Of a stretch of DNA of 64,000 nt, positions 11,741 through 24,200 are shown one piece after another; position 1 is the stretch's first letter, and each line of letters starts with the position of its first letter. Both the position numbers and the translations under genes were made by a program. Origin of the DNA: Acanthaster planci (Eukaryota); contig NW_019091360.1 in assembly GCF_001949145.1 (NCBI RefSeq), positions 1,857,599 through 1,921,598 of the forward strand. Reading direction: 5' to 3'. The notes below the pieces were generated by a model. It was not told the DNA's origin. It saw only the letters and a list, made by a program, of their open reading frames with translations, and did not search any database.

Positions 11741-14618
11741 GTGTTTACTCTGTCGGGCAAATGAATACGGGTCCAGTCTACATAATGCTACATTGTAACG
11801 AGCCTTACTCATGTTACTAGGGAGTGCATAGGTCATTCTATTTACGCTTCCCCGAAGTAACATGTTCGCAACATTTTTTGTTGTTGGGCACAAGAGAATG
11901 TTTTATGAGGTGGAATCGGAATCTGTCATGTGGGGTCAAAGGTCACGGCATTAGGGCTCCCGGCTACCATCAAGCTGAGAGGATGATTGGCTGCCGCCAG
12001 CAACGCTTGATCGCGCCATTTATGAATTCCCATTTCTCATGTTCGCATAAACTTCAGACCTCAGCGCCCAGCATGGCGTGTTATCGTTTTAGCAAACGCC
12101 TGTGTGGACCATTATCAGAGAACAGTGAAGCATATGCCATTACCTCTTGTAAGCGAGAGCCATAGACCTATATAAAGTCTACCCATTCTTGATCTTCCAA
12201 CCATTATCGCCTGAGTTAGGGGACATCATTAGAATTAGTGTGTTGCTGTCATCAGTAGGTGTCAAGCGTGTAACAGAGGACTTTACTTTAAAAGAGGACC
12301 TTTTTTCACTGAATATTTTGTAGTGTAGTGTTTCTTGTTAGATGTGTCTGCTGAGATTTATTATTTGCACTGAATTATTCTGTTGCCTTTGGGCTGACGG
12401 ACAGCCACGCCCTTTCCCGCCACGCAGTTAAATGCAGCTGTGACGTAGAGTGCATATGCTCTGTGGGAAATACATTAACAGTAAACCACCCGCGGTTTTG
12501 TTTCTGTAATCACCGACTGTTGAATAAACGAAATCTGAAAGTGTCGCGTCAGAAGTTTGACGGGTTAGCAAAGTCTGACCATAGTAGACTGAACCGCCCG
12601 CGCATGAGTGTAAATCGATGTTTCAGCCAGTTTATTTCGATCAACTGCAAAGGATGAGACACGCAATGAATACACACAGATAGATTCTGAATAAGTCTTT
12701 TTTAAAAAAGTCTCTGCGACTAGAGTGAGTAGAGGGCGCTTTATCTGTGAACAAAAATGACGTCATCAACAGATCATCACCGAGCCTCGACTGGTTCCCG
12801 GCCTGACTAGTGGTTGACAATCATCCACTGCCAGCACTGCGTTGTTTTTGTCGCATTCTACCGTTTGTATTGGTTTGGGGAGACATGGTAATATGTTGAC
12901 AACTTTACCATTGTCACTGTCTGTTCTCCTTTTGGGGAGTTCTGTGTGGAAAACCACACTGTCGTTCGGGCGCTACAATTTCTGGAGAGATCTTTATGGT
13001 ATGTGCTTCATAATATTATTACGGGCCTTGTGTTCTGTCGAAAAAGTAAGGTTTCTGCACCTTTATGAGACGCTTTGGGAATCACAGTACCCAAGTTTCT
13101 ATATGCATTCCAAACAGTGAGTGAGTCGTTTTTATTTGCCAACAAAGTTGCATACCAGTTTGACTGTTAGTCAGCACCTGCCTATACGCAATCTGTGGAG
13201 AATATTTCTCCGGGGTTACATTAACCAATTATTTAGGTCATTTTATGCCGACTTGTTTACCATGTTGTGTCGTGTTTTGATTTCCAAGCAGGCCGAGTCC
13301 TTGTAGACGAATATAGATTTTTAGAGTTTTATTGATTTGAGATCTGTAGATTCACACCCCGTTGTTTATACTTCGAAGAAATTTGCTATTCTTCCAAACA
13401 AAACAAGATAATTAATAAAATGATTAACTTATCTGAGAGATCAGGGATCTTGGGCAACATGTCACGGTATAGTTTTTACTATATAGTTCGAATTGGACTG
13501 CGTTTCGTTGTTTTGACATCATTAAATGCAGGAAAGCACCACTTTAACCTTCACCCCATTATCGCACAGTTCGCCAAACAAAATCGACTCAACTCCAGCA
13601 AAGACGGCAGTCTCCACCACTCGTGGCAGTGTCCTTATAAACCCCGGCCGCGGTGCAAAAACAACCCCATAGCGTACGCAGTAGCGCAGGTCTGCTGCCC
13701 GTGGGGTCGGCGCTAAGACAAATCCCCTTCTATTTTGTCATCGCTGAAAAATCAACACGAGAGGGTAAACTTTAAGGTCACGCCGAAACGGTGCCACCGT
13801 TTCCCCCAAATCCGCAGGATCCGGCCCCCCTCGCCCTACGGTCGTTTCGCAAGCCTCTCTCGGCCGAGCGTCGACCCCGTGTGCCGCTCTACACCTATAG
13901 CTCTCCGTGCTCCCTCGATGTGCCCACGTACGCTCGGACTCGGGCGACTGCGAGTCGATCTTATTTGATAGTTATCACAGATTGTACCCGTGGGAGACGA
14001 GGCAAGACCTGGTTAAAAAAGAGAGAGAGAGAGGCAGAAAGAGAGATAAAGGAAACAAACAGGGAAGACAGAACTGGAGGGGGGAAAACGGAACCGAGAG
14101 CTAGATCAACAAAGATGGTTAGGGAACAATGGGATTTACCAGCTACAGGCCGAAGGCCGTAAGTCGCCTGTACACACACACGCAGGGGAAACGGGCGAGA
14201 GAATAAGGGGCAGGATACAAACGTCTGCAAGCAGCGGTGGAGGCTGATGTCACACTAACACCCCAGCACCCTCAGTCAGACACACACGTCTTGACAAATG
14301 CCCTGTGCCGTCAGATCGGGATGTTTATTCAAGTGGCGTAGCTGTAGTCCAAATCTGCAATAATTCGCAACAGTGTGCTTGATCCGTTCTTGTGTGTGTT
14401 CAAAGATTTCAGTACTGTAATATCTGGTTGCATGCACTCTATATCGTGGGGTGACTTGCCAAGTCGTATTTGCAGAGGTTTTTTTTAATAAGATTTGTTT
14501 TCATCTGTTAAGTCAACAGGGAAAAAGTTAATTTGAAACACCAAAAAAACCGAATGAAGGGACATCACTGAACACACTGGTGGTTATGCCTGACGTCGAA
14601 GCTGCAACGAAATGTTAA

Positions 14619-14634
14619 CAGCGCCACCTATTGG
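14619..14634 (-). promoter_or_regulatory. CTCF-like binding motif
   Basis: CAGCGCCACCTATTGG (minus strand CCAATAGGTGGCGCTG) closely matches the CTCF core CCACTAGRKGGCGCTG. Confidence 0.45.
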
Positions 14635-17600
14635 TTGTGTCTTAAAATTCGCCCTCATCGTTATCCGAGGGGTAGCATTTTGTATGATCAGTGTTGAAGA
14701 TAGCGCTCAATGAATTCAAGAAAAATCCGACTAACTAGACAGCAGTTTGTTTCTAGTTATTGGTTGCGTCTTAATTGTTGAGTGGCTTTCTGCGTTACTG
14801 GCTAGCTAGCTACTGTTAGGGAGGTGCGACGTAACTACGTTGACGTGTGTATGGTTCATTTGGGTTTTTCCTGAGTTTATTGTTAAAGTTACATTGTTAC
14901 TGTTTTTGAGATATTGAGGAGGACAGTCATGCTTCAACTCAGCAGTTGTAATGTCTTCAGTTGAAGGACATATTAGGGGATATTAAAGTTCTCTTTGACA
15001 CGTTAATCAATCCAGTTTGTGCCGTTTGAATGATGAATGACTCGTTGGTGAAGAGCGGCTTACATAGATGGCGCGGCAGGAGGGTTGTCGAACCGAAGGG
15101 GCCCGGCCATACAATAGGGCCGGATTGCCTGGCCGGCAAATCCGGAAGTATTGGTCGGGATTGACGTCTCGTCGTTTCCCCCGTCAAGGTGTGTCGAAGA
15201 CATTATCTGTTTGCGTTACTGACGGGTGTATTCTTAATACCGTTGACGGCAGCACTTATCCCATTAGCGCCGTGCACGCATTTATTTTACTTTTAATCAT
15301 GTTGCCACTCTCATCAACTCTTGTTTGTTTCTTTGATTGCTAAAGTACACTGACTTCTTAATCCTTCTGGGAAAGAAGCTTCCATTATTAAAGCGGCACT
15401 CCGGCTCAGAGTGAAAAACTGTCCTACCTCGACTTACAAGCTACCCCCGCGCGCGCGGGCGTAATTTCTGTGATTAAAGCCCATTCGCGTGCCAATTAAA
15501 TCGCGGATCTGTGTTGGACAGCATCGGACATTGGACAATTATTGGCCGTCTTTATTGGTTTGTTCGGGCCCTATGAGGCGTAGCTGTCATGAGATCCAAT
15601 TAATTCCTTTTTTTTTTCAAACCAAACCCGAGGTTTTTGTTGTGGCAACAAGGAAGGCTTTCAACCATCCCCAACCTGTGTTGTCGGTTTATTAGTTGGT
15701 TTGGTGCAATTGATACGGGATAGAGCATGGAGGGGGGGTGCTACCAGCCCCGTGATATAATTACCTGTGAAATTAATGACGCTTTCGCAGCTCTGCGCGA
15801 GGCGTCTTTCAATGCGCGCAGTTCCTCGGTGTTCGGCTGGTCCTGTACGTGTCCGACATTGTCGCGCTGAGCCGGCTAGATCGAATTAACTGCAATTTAT
15901 TTAATTCCATTTCAACCACAAACGGTGAGAGGTTGAATGGCTATGACACCAGCAGCGGAGGCTGTGTTGATTAAACCCACAATGCGCAGCAGATCTATTG
16001 CCAACTGCCTTGCACTGCGAGTGCCCGGGTGCTATATATCACATGAACTTTATACTCCAACGAAACCTTCAAACTTTACAGTCTGACATGAGGGGTCTTT
16101 AGCATTTTGCCACAGCCTTTGAAATTGTACCATTAGGTTTCAAGTAACCTTACTTTCAATTATTGTGTTACTATTCAGAAAGGCATTTTGGTGCCTATTT
16201 GGTTTCAAATTAATGGAATTTTCAAGATGTATTTGCGTTGGGAAGATGTTAATTATATTAACATAACGGCAAACCGTTATTTATAATTAATGGAATTTCT
16301 ATGTTCATGAGCAAAACTGTCATGTCACCCCATGGAAGAAACCTCATTCTTGCACTGATTTTGTGTACAAAAAACTGCTGGATTTAAAAATATGTACATT
16401 TTGCCGTCGCAAATTTCTGTTTCTTTCTTGGCAAGAAGCCGATGAGCCACGTGTCTTAGAAATGTGTCAACTTTGAACAGACGAGTATAATGTACAGTGT
16501 CTTCCCTGAATGGCATGCTTGCAAAGACGCCCTCCATTTATGGACAAGCCTTAAAAGGTCAAAACATATATTTTCAGCATAGTTAACCCCAATAGAATGT
16601 GTGCCTTAACTCCAAGCCTCGTGCAAGATCGGCCTCTGAGGTCCATGTTCGAAAGCAAAAAGACTAAAAATGGAAGAGCAAGGAATTTTTCACTTTAGAA
16701 TCTGAAAACGAAAAGCCAGGAGATTCACTACATTTTTGAAGAATGAAACCGTTTGTTTATTAGAACAAGAATGAAAGAATTGAGTAGGCCTATGCTAAGT
16801 CAACCATTCCCGAATCCAAGGTTTTTTAAAGGAATTCTTTACTTACAGTTAACAGAAAGTGCGACTCACACACTAAATTATTATTACAAGAAATGCACAC
16901 TAAACTAACACCGCGCCTCGCTATAGAACAGAGGACATGAAATACCCAAACAAGGCTTCGATAAGCTAGGCGCCTTTGCCCATGTCATGCTTCTTTGAAC
17001 AGAAATTCGTGAAAACAAAATGTGGGTTAGACAATACTCGTTTCTCTTTCTTCTGAAAAAAAAAAACTGGAAAAAAAATCCGTATTTTTTGTTTTCAAAG
17101 CGAGAGTTTAAAATCAAAGTGCTAAGGGGAGATTTTTATTTTTCGTGTAAATTAACTAAAAAAAGAACGAATGGAGCGTACACGGAGCTTCCAAACCTGG
17201 TCAAGCTTAAACGCCATTGGAGGAGTATCCATTAATCGGATTCGCCAACGGATCATTTTCCATTTAATCTGCCTTTGCGCTCCGCGGAGACGTTGTATTA
17301 GCAATGTTGCAGTCGTTTTTACAGGTCGAACGGAACACCGTGAAAATCCGAAAATTAGATACAAGGTTCCCTTATTCATGATATGAAATGCTTGTAATTC
17401 ATTTTGGTAAATCATTGAACAAGCGTGGCTGGAGAGTGCAGGCTGTAGTTTTTAACTCATGGAGATGTTTTAACGCGCCTTGCACTTCAACTTGTATAGC
17501 ACCTGTAAAAACAATCTTGTCTTTTATGTCTTTTTTAAAATTCATTTTGCCACTCTGAAGTTTTTTGTGCCTGTATTCATGCTAATGAGATTTGCATATT

Positions 17601-20600
17601 CATGGTGTGATGCCGTGTCTCAGGATTACTGCTGTTCAGTGCCAAAAATTGGCCAGAATGTCGTGTATTTTTACATGTTTCCATTGGTGATTCGCTGTTA
17701 CAGTACATGCTGGTGAGCAGTTCTCGCACAATTTTCAATGAGCAGCTTTTAAGTTACAATGTGAACAGAGAACCCCCGCTGTGAAGCTTGCCCTCCTGAA
17801 ACGACGTCACATCAAGAGAGTCCCCATTTGCCAAGAAAGCCCCCCCCCGGCAAAACCAGAATGTTTAAAATGTGCAGGTTTCACTCTAAACCCAAAAGGT
17901 CGTCGTGTCGTTTTCATACATTGTAAGTCGCATTAAAGATGTCAAAATAATATGGGCTCATGTGAAAGTCATCTCGTGAAATCTTTAAACGAGCGGGAAA
18001 CATGCAGCATGCGCGTTGTATAATACATTGTGACAACAGCGAGTTGTTCAGTGCAGACGGTGCGCGCTGTGTCTTCCCGTTTTCATCAGACAGGAAATCT
18101 AGCACTTTGATGGCCTTTCGCCTCCCAATGAACTTTATGCATGAGAATGACTAATTTTGGATCGTATTCTCCGAGTCCATTTCATTATCTGAAAACTCTG
18201 AAATTGGAAGGAGTCTAATTATATTGCTGTGATCGCGGGGATAGCCTCGCTTTGAAAAATTTGGACAATAAAGTGATCCGGCTTTTTTATTCATGATTTG
18301 GAACCAACACACTGATGGTAATCTATAATCCGCATCATTACTGTTCCCAAATACATTAGGTTTTTGGAAATTTTTTCAGGGATTGCCCCACTTTGGATTC
18401 AAGATGGATGACTCATTTTGCAAGTCATCCATCTTGAATCGAAAGCGAGGCAGTGCTTGAGAAAATGTGAAAAGGCTACCGTAATTCTTTATATTGAGTC
18501 CGCACGTTGTGTATAGCACGGTATAGGTTAGCAACCCTAAAATCCCGGCGTTGCATATGTCTGAACCTGCCCTGCTCCAGTTCGGGGCAGCCGAACTGCA
18601 AAGCACCGAGGAAAACCCGGGGCGAAGAAACGGGCGTTGGTCGGGGCTCTACGAACGAGGGGAAGCACCGGCGTGACTTGCCGTCCCCTCATCCAACCCC
18701 CCGATCGCTAATCCAAAATTATTGCTACTGTCTGTGGATCTGCAGAGTCAGGGCCTCGAGTCGTAATTTGCTGGGAGTTAATTTATCGTGGGGATTGAAA
18801 AAGCTGGTTGCCTCTAATGAAAAATAGCGAGCTCAAGGCCTGATTTGTGATCATCGGCAACCTGGGAATAGGAGATGTTTTCATTTTTTGAGGCAAAGTG
18901 AAGAGAGCATGATGAGATTTTTACCTGTTGGACTTATCATATCTTTATTTGAAATTAACCCAAATTCAATTTACATAATATTTATCTGCAGCTAAGAGAC
19001 AGTGGACTTGGCCCAAGTTTTAACAGTGAATTAATTTTGTTGCCCTCCGTCGCGTCTTGCACACTCGATTCCCTCCCATAGCGTTGTCATGCAGGCGCCG
19101 AGCATGCTGAATTAACAGGCGCTAAAACTTCCACAAAACAGCCTCCACGGTTGGACCACAAGACCAAGCCAATGATCCCTTTTGGCTCTGTAATATCTGT
19201 GCGATTTTTAATTTAAGAGCGCGCGCCTTGTGTTGTTGCTCACACGCATATTTTAGCGGTTGGCTTTTTCGCTGGTCTTTTTTTCGGGGGGGGGGCAGAT
19301 TTTGACTGTAACTTGCCCATGGCCACACAGAGGTTTTGATTATTTTTCAAAACGCTGATTTACAGGGATTAGTCATAGTAATAACATTGCACGCGGCCGG
19401 GCTGCCGGCGAAGCAAGAAATAACATACGATCGATCATTCATGTCGTTTAGTTGGACTCGGCCAGCAAACGGCGTTAAAAGGCCCATTAATGCGAACATG
19501 ACTCATAAATAATTCATGAGCGTCGCGGGTGAACGACCGCGAGACCCCTACGGCCTTGCTCTTGGGAAGAAATTCAGACGGCTTGGGACAGAACTTTGCA
19601 TAACTTCCCCTTGACTTGTCAGCGCAATCTGTTAGTCAGAAAGAATTGGTATTGTAACAAAAATGAAAACTTAAAAAAAAAGATTCCAAAAGAGAGAGAA
19701 ATAGAAAGCTTTTACACTGCGTGTTGAAAGTGTGTCTAAAGAGACATCATCGTTCAGTTCTGTAAACACGGATTTCTGTTTTCTTCAAACAAGTTTGGAA
19801 GCCATTTTAGTTGGCAGTTGAATTCTCTGTACATTTTTAGATTGCTTTAACGAAAACGCGACTGGTTCGAAAGCGAAGTTGAAGCTGAAAAGTTCTCAGA
19901 AATTAAGATTCGCGCCGACGTGCGATCTGAGTAAAAGAAATAAATGTTTCCACTTTTAGAAGATGAAGTTATTTGGCACGCACCGATGTACACTTTTTAC
20001 TGAATTTGTCCTGGAAAAACACACCCAGCTCGTGGCTGATTGCCAGTGCAACAGCTGCCATCTTGTTTTTTTTTTTTTTTTTTGGCTTTTTGCCTTCCCT
20101 CACTTCATATTACCCGCCAAAAGCTAAGGGGGTTAAAAGGATGTCGTATGCTCATCTATATGTAAATCGATTTCCCATCTAACCCCTTGTAGCTAGTGTA
20201 GAAATTCTCCTTGTTTGTCGAAGACGTTGATTTTTTTTTGTATTGTGTTGAATATTGGCGCTGTCGCCGCGTTGGGCACGGATGACAGATTTCTCCCGAG
20301 GTGGAGAAAATTTAGTTCAGCAGAAAGGGGAGTCCTCGTATAGTAAATGGTCCAGGACAAGTCTGCAGGACTCACCCGTGGCAATTTATTTATTTATTTC
20401 TTCTTCTTTTTTTCCCTGCAACAAATTGTCTTCCGAGGACCAAGACAGCCACCCTTTGCTGAGACCTGACGGAGACCCCCCTTTATTTCTGAGTATCCTC
20501 TGGTGATGCCACCGGAAGGGTTGTAAACCTCGCCTCCTGTGAAAGAGAATAATTGTAATTTGTAGAGACGGGAGTGCTAATTTGGGTGGGAGCGGGATAA

Positions 20601-20736
20601 ACCAGGAGAGAACGACAGAAGGGTTATTTGGAGGGGAAAACACCATGTGCTGAAAATGGAAGGAATTATATCTGTCCATGCGCTGCGTAAAGGACCGCGC
20701 ACGAGACAAAAAGATCTTAAGACAACGTGCAAAGAA

Positions 20737-21240
20737 TGACGTGACATATCACGTGAGAAAATTACCGAGTTTGTAGGGATTTTTTTATAAGGAGTTGGGA
20801 GGGCTTTTTCTCAGTACTTTCGCTTCTGCAAAGCCTCATTTCAGCATTCGGAGAAGGACAAGTTTCGATGGGAGACGTAGAGATGCTGGTGGCAACAGAC
20901 AGATTGGCCCTTTTTCGCAGTACTGCGCGTGCGCAGAGAAATGCGCACATAGGCAGACCAACGCGCGCATGCTCAGAACCGATAAAAAAGGACCGGCCTG
21001 CTTGCCACCACCAAGCGTCTTAAAGTCTCTCAGTCATATTTGAAAGTTTTTCACAGAGTCGGATTTTTTTCTGGCATAAGCGTAGGTTTGTTCCTCGGAT
21101 GGCTTTTGGAGTTCATAACCAACAGTGTGCCATTTCGATATTTCAGAAATGCATAACCAATAGGGAGCGCGGCCGAGGCCAGTTGGGGAACAGCAGCACG
21201 CGCGCGCCAGTTCTGCCCTATCAGTGCGTTTATATGTCTG
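20737..21240. promoter_or_regulatory. Intronic promoter-like motif cluster
   Basis: TCACGTGA (20749-20756), ATTGG (20903-20907), NRF1-like TGCGCGTGCGCA (20924-20935) and GCGCATGCTCA (20965-20975), CCAAT (21157-21161). Confidence 0.35.
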
Positions 21241-24200
21241 TGGTGTGGCCCTACCTTGACTCGCACGCGTACTTTGTTGTCAAATGACCTTGCCTTTAAC
21301 CTCGACTCCAGGGGCTGCGTACGCTTTCCTTCATATCACGCAAGGCATGTTGGGAACCGACATGGCGAGGCAAGATCCTAGCCATGGGAACGAGGTTGTC
21401 TTGCCTTGTTGGAAATACCGGACCGTGCATATTAGTTGATTATTTTTAAGTGGATTTTTTTAGGGGGGGTTAATGCTACATCGTCACACCTAATTCTTGC
21501 CCAATTAAAATTGCTCAAGAAATTTGGTCAAAGAAGCCGAAACGATTCAAAGTGGACCTGCATTATCTTAGAAAAGATGATTAATTAAAATGCTGCTGGT
21601 CATGAGATGGCTTCCCTGTAGATAATTTCCGTTGTTATCACCCAGACAATTTCGAACAAAATACATTTATTTGGCAATGAAGATGACCACTTCTGACCTT
21701 TTGACCTTCCGATCAATGCCGGCAACTAAATCTAATTGTGAACTCGCTGAAACACTCTGGACTTCGGTATTCCTTCACACAGTGTGGAATGCTTGAAAGT
21801 GTGATCATTTCTTCCATGATCCGCCAAAACTCAGCCGTCGAAGGCATCTGCCCGAAGGTAGTCTGTTACTCAAGCTATCCAGCAACGGTAACAAACAAAC
21901 TCAAGCCCCCATTGTAATAATTACATCATTTGAACCGTATCGTGCAAATTCTGCGGCCGATATCCTGGCTCAATAATTGATAAAAGTACCTGGCGAATCT
22001 GCTGTGCAGCACCTTAGAAATCAGCGAGTTCTCATATGCCGGGCTTGGAGCCCGGTCGATGCTCCTCCGCACAGCAGACAGAATTATACCCGCCGGGAGA
22101 GCCCATCCATAACCATCATCCCGGGGCGAAGGATTGTCTAGGATTAGTGCGGTACAAAACTTCTAATACGCTGTCCCGCACTCCGTCAGCTCCACACTCT
22201 CACACTGCCTCCCACGTACACACGGAAACTCCAAGACAGAAACAGGGGGGCTAGGACACCGAGTGCGGGGGAGGGGGCAATTGGAAGAGAAAAGGCAACC
22301 AGCCTCAAGGCCGTGATCAGGGAGACCCGTGTGACTGTGCGCGTTTCCGAGTCCGCCAAAAAAGGCGGGAGCCTCAGCGCGGTTTTGCGTTTCCAACCCC
22401 GCGATTCCTGTCGAAGGATGCACCGTGATGAGGAAGGCTCCCTGGCCCCTGAGGGTATCGGCCGGCTCCACGATCAGCAACAGCAGCAGCTAAAGGAACA
22501 GCTCACATCCATTGTCACTCACGTTGAAAAATAAAGACAGCCAATCTAGACTTCTCGTTTTGGGAATCGTGAATCTGGCAAAGCTGTAATTCAATACGAT
22601 CTCGAAGCCAACGTTTGTACTGCAAATCCCTTCCTAACTTGCTTAAACAGAACGAAATTGATCACACTTGAAGTTGACGTAACCATGGCAATAAATATAT
22701 TACACAAAACAGTGACCCCGTACAAAAAGTTTTCATTGTCATCTTGCAGTCATAATCTCTAACAAGGGATTGTATACAGTGTCCTGTGGAGTGTTTGGTA
22801 TTGTGTAATTTGAATAAGTACATGCCATCGAGAAAGTAAAGACTCACCTGACGAATTCCTGAAATTTGCTATGTGAGTTTAACTGAGATGCTGATTGGGT
22901 ATTGGTTCTTTGCTTTATAGTTGAATGGTTTTGATAGTGCAGTTTGTGTGTGTGTGTATGAGGGCGTGTCTCATAACAAAAGGTTGTTGAAGTTCTTGCA
23001 CAGCCATCTTGCGTTTGTTCCTTTCTTTGGGTTGTCATGCCTTGCTTTTACGTTACAGAGTGCAATTCCCTTCCTTATAAATTCAACAACCCCTATACCC
23101 CGTTCCGTATCTGCGATCGCTGCCAAGCTTCATGCAGTGCTCTGGTCAGTGCGTGAATTTCCCTCTCCGGTGTTTGCTGTTAGAAGCGACAACTTTTCTG
23201 TCAAGCGCCATTTTGAAAGTTGGCCCGTGCGGTCGATGTCGGTTTTTCGCATGTTCACGTTACTAGCAAAAGCGTGTTACAGTGATATCAAAGAACTTAT
23301 ACAGGCTGAGACAGGACTGCCCTGAACCCCGAATCCACAGGTTCTAAGTAAACTGCGTGATGATCTCGTTTGATGTTTGTTTGTTTGGTGGGGTGTTTGA
23401 TTGTTCGTTTGTTTTTATTTGACAGTACTCATACAGATTACAAATGATCATGCACAAACAACTGAATTAACTCAAACAAAATAAAAGAATCCATCCTTGA
23501 AATAAAATAAAAGAACGACGTATAAATCCAGGGCACTGTCGAGGATAGCACAAAAAGCTAGAAACAGCTTATTTCCATTGCGGTCGTCTGCAAGAAGTTA
23601 AAAAAAAAAGCAGATATGACATATAAATAAGTAAACAAAAAAGAATTTTTAAAAAAACAGCTCTTCAGAACAATGTATATCAAAACTAAAATTATTTTGA
23701 ATTAAAAATGGGTATAGCCCCCTTAGGTTATACCCATAGATTTCATCGTGGGGAACATGTCTCCACCATTCAGAAGTTTGTTTCATTCACATGAGTTGTC
23801 TGAACATTTTAACGCTGTAATTAAGTGAGCGCGTAAACCTCCTTGATGGTGTTTGCGTCTTCAGAGAAAAAGAATCACCAAAGTGTTTCGACGGCTGGAC
23901 CTAAAAACAACACTTCACTAATAAATGCGCATGCGCGGGGGGGGGTAAAGTACGCACACGGAGGGTCTCCAAGTCCACGTTATCTCAGAAACTCCTTACC
24001 ATTGCCAGCCATTGCAATGCCAGCTCTTTTAACATAAAGCAAGATTTTTTTCCTTTGATTTGTTTTGTTTGTTTGTTTTTTGGGTGGGGCGGTGCACTAG
24101 TTTGTTAATGTACAGCTTAAGGTATCACATTTTATACCATTTCTATTAAGACAAGTATATATTTGTGAGCGTTCTTTATATAATTAGTCGCTTGTAATTT

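Noticed and set aside
22313..22534. Short ORF with a QQQQQ run
   Set aside because: No ATG start, splice context or homology evident; the small CAG run explains the poly-Q.
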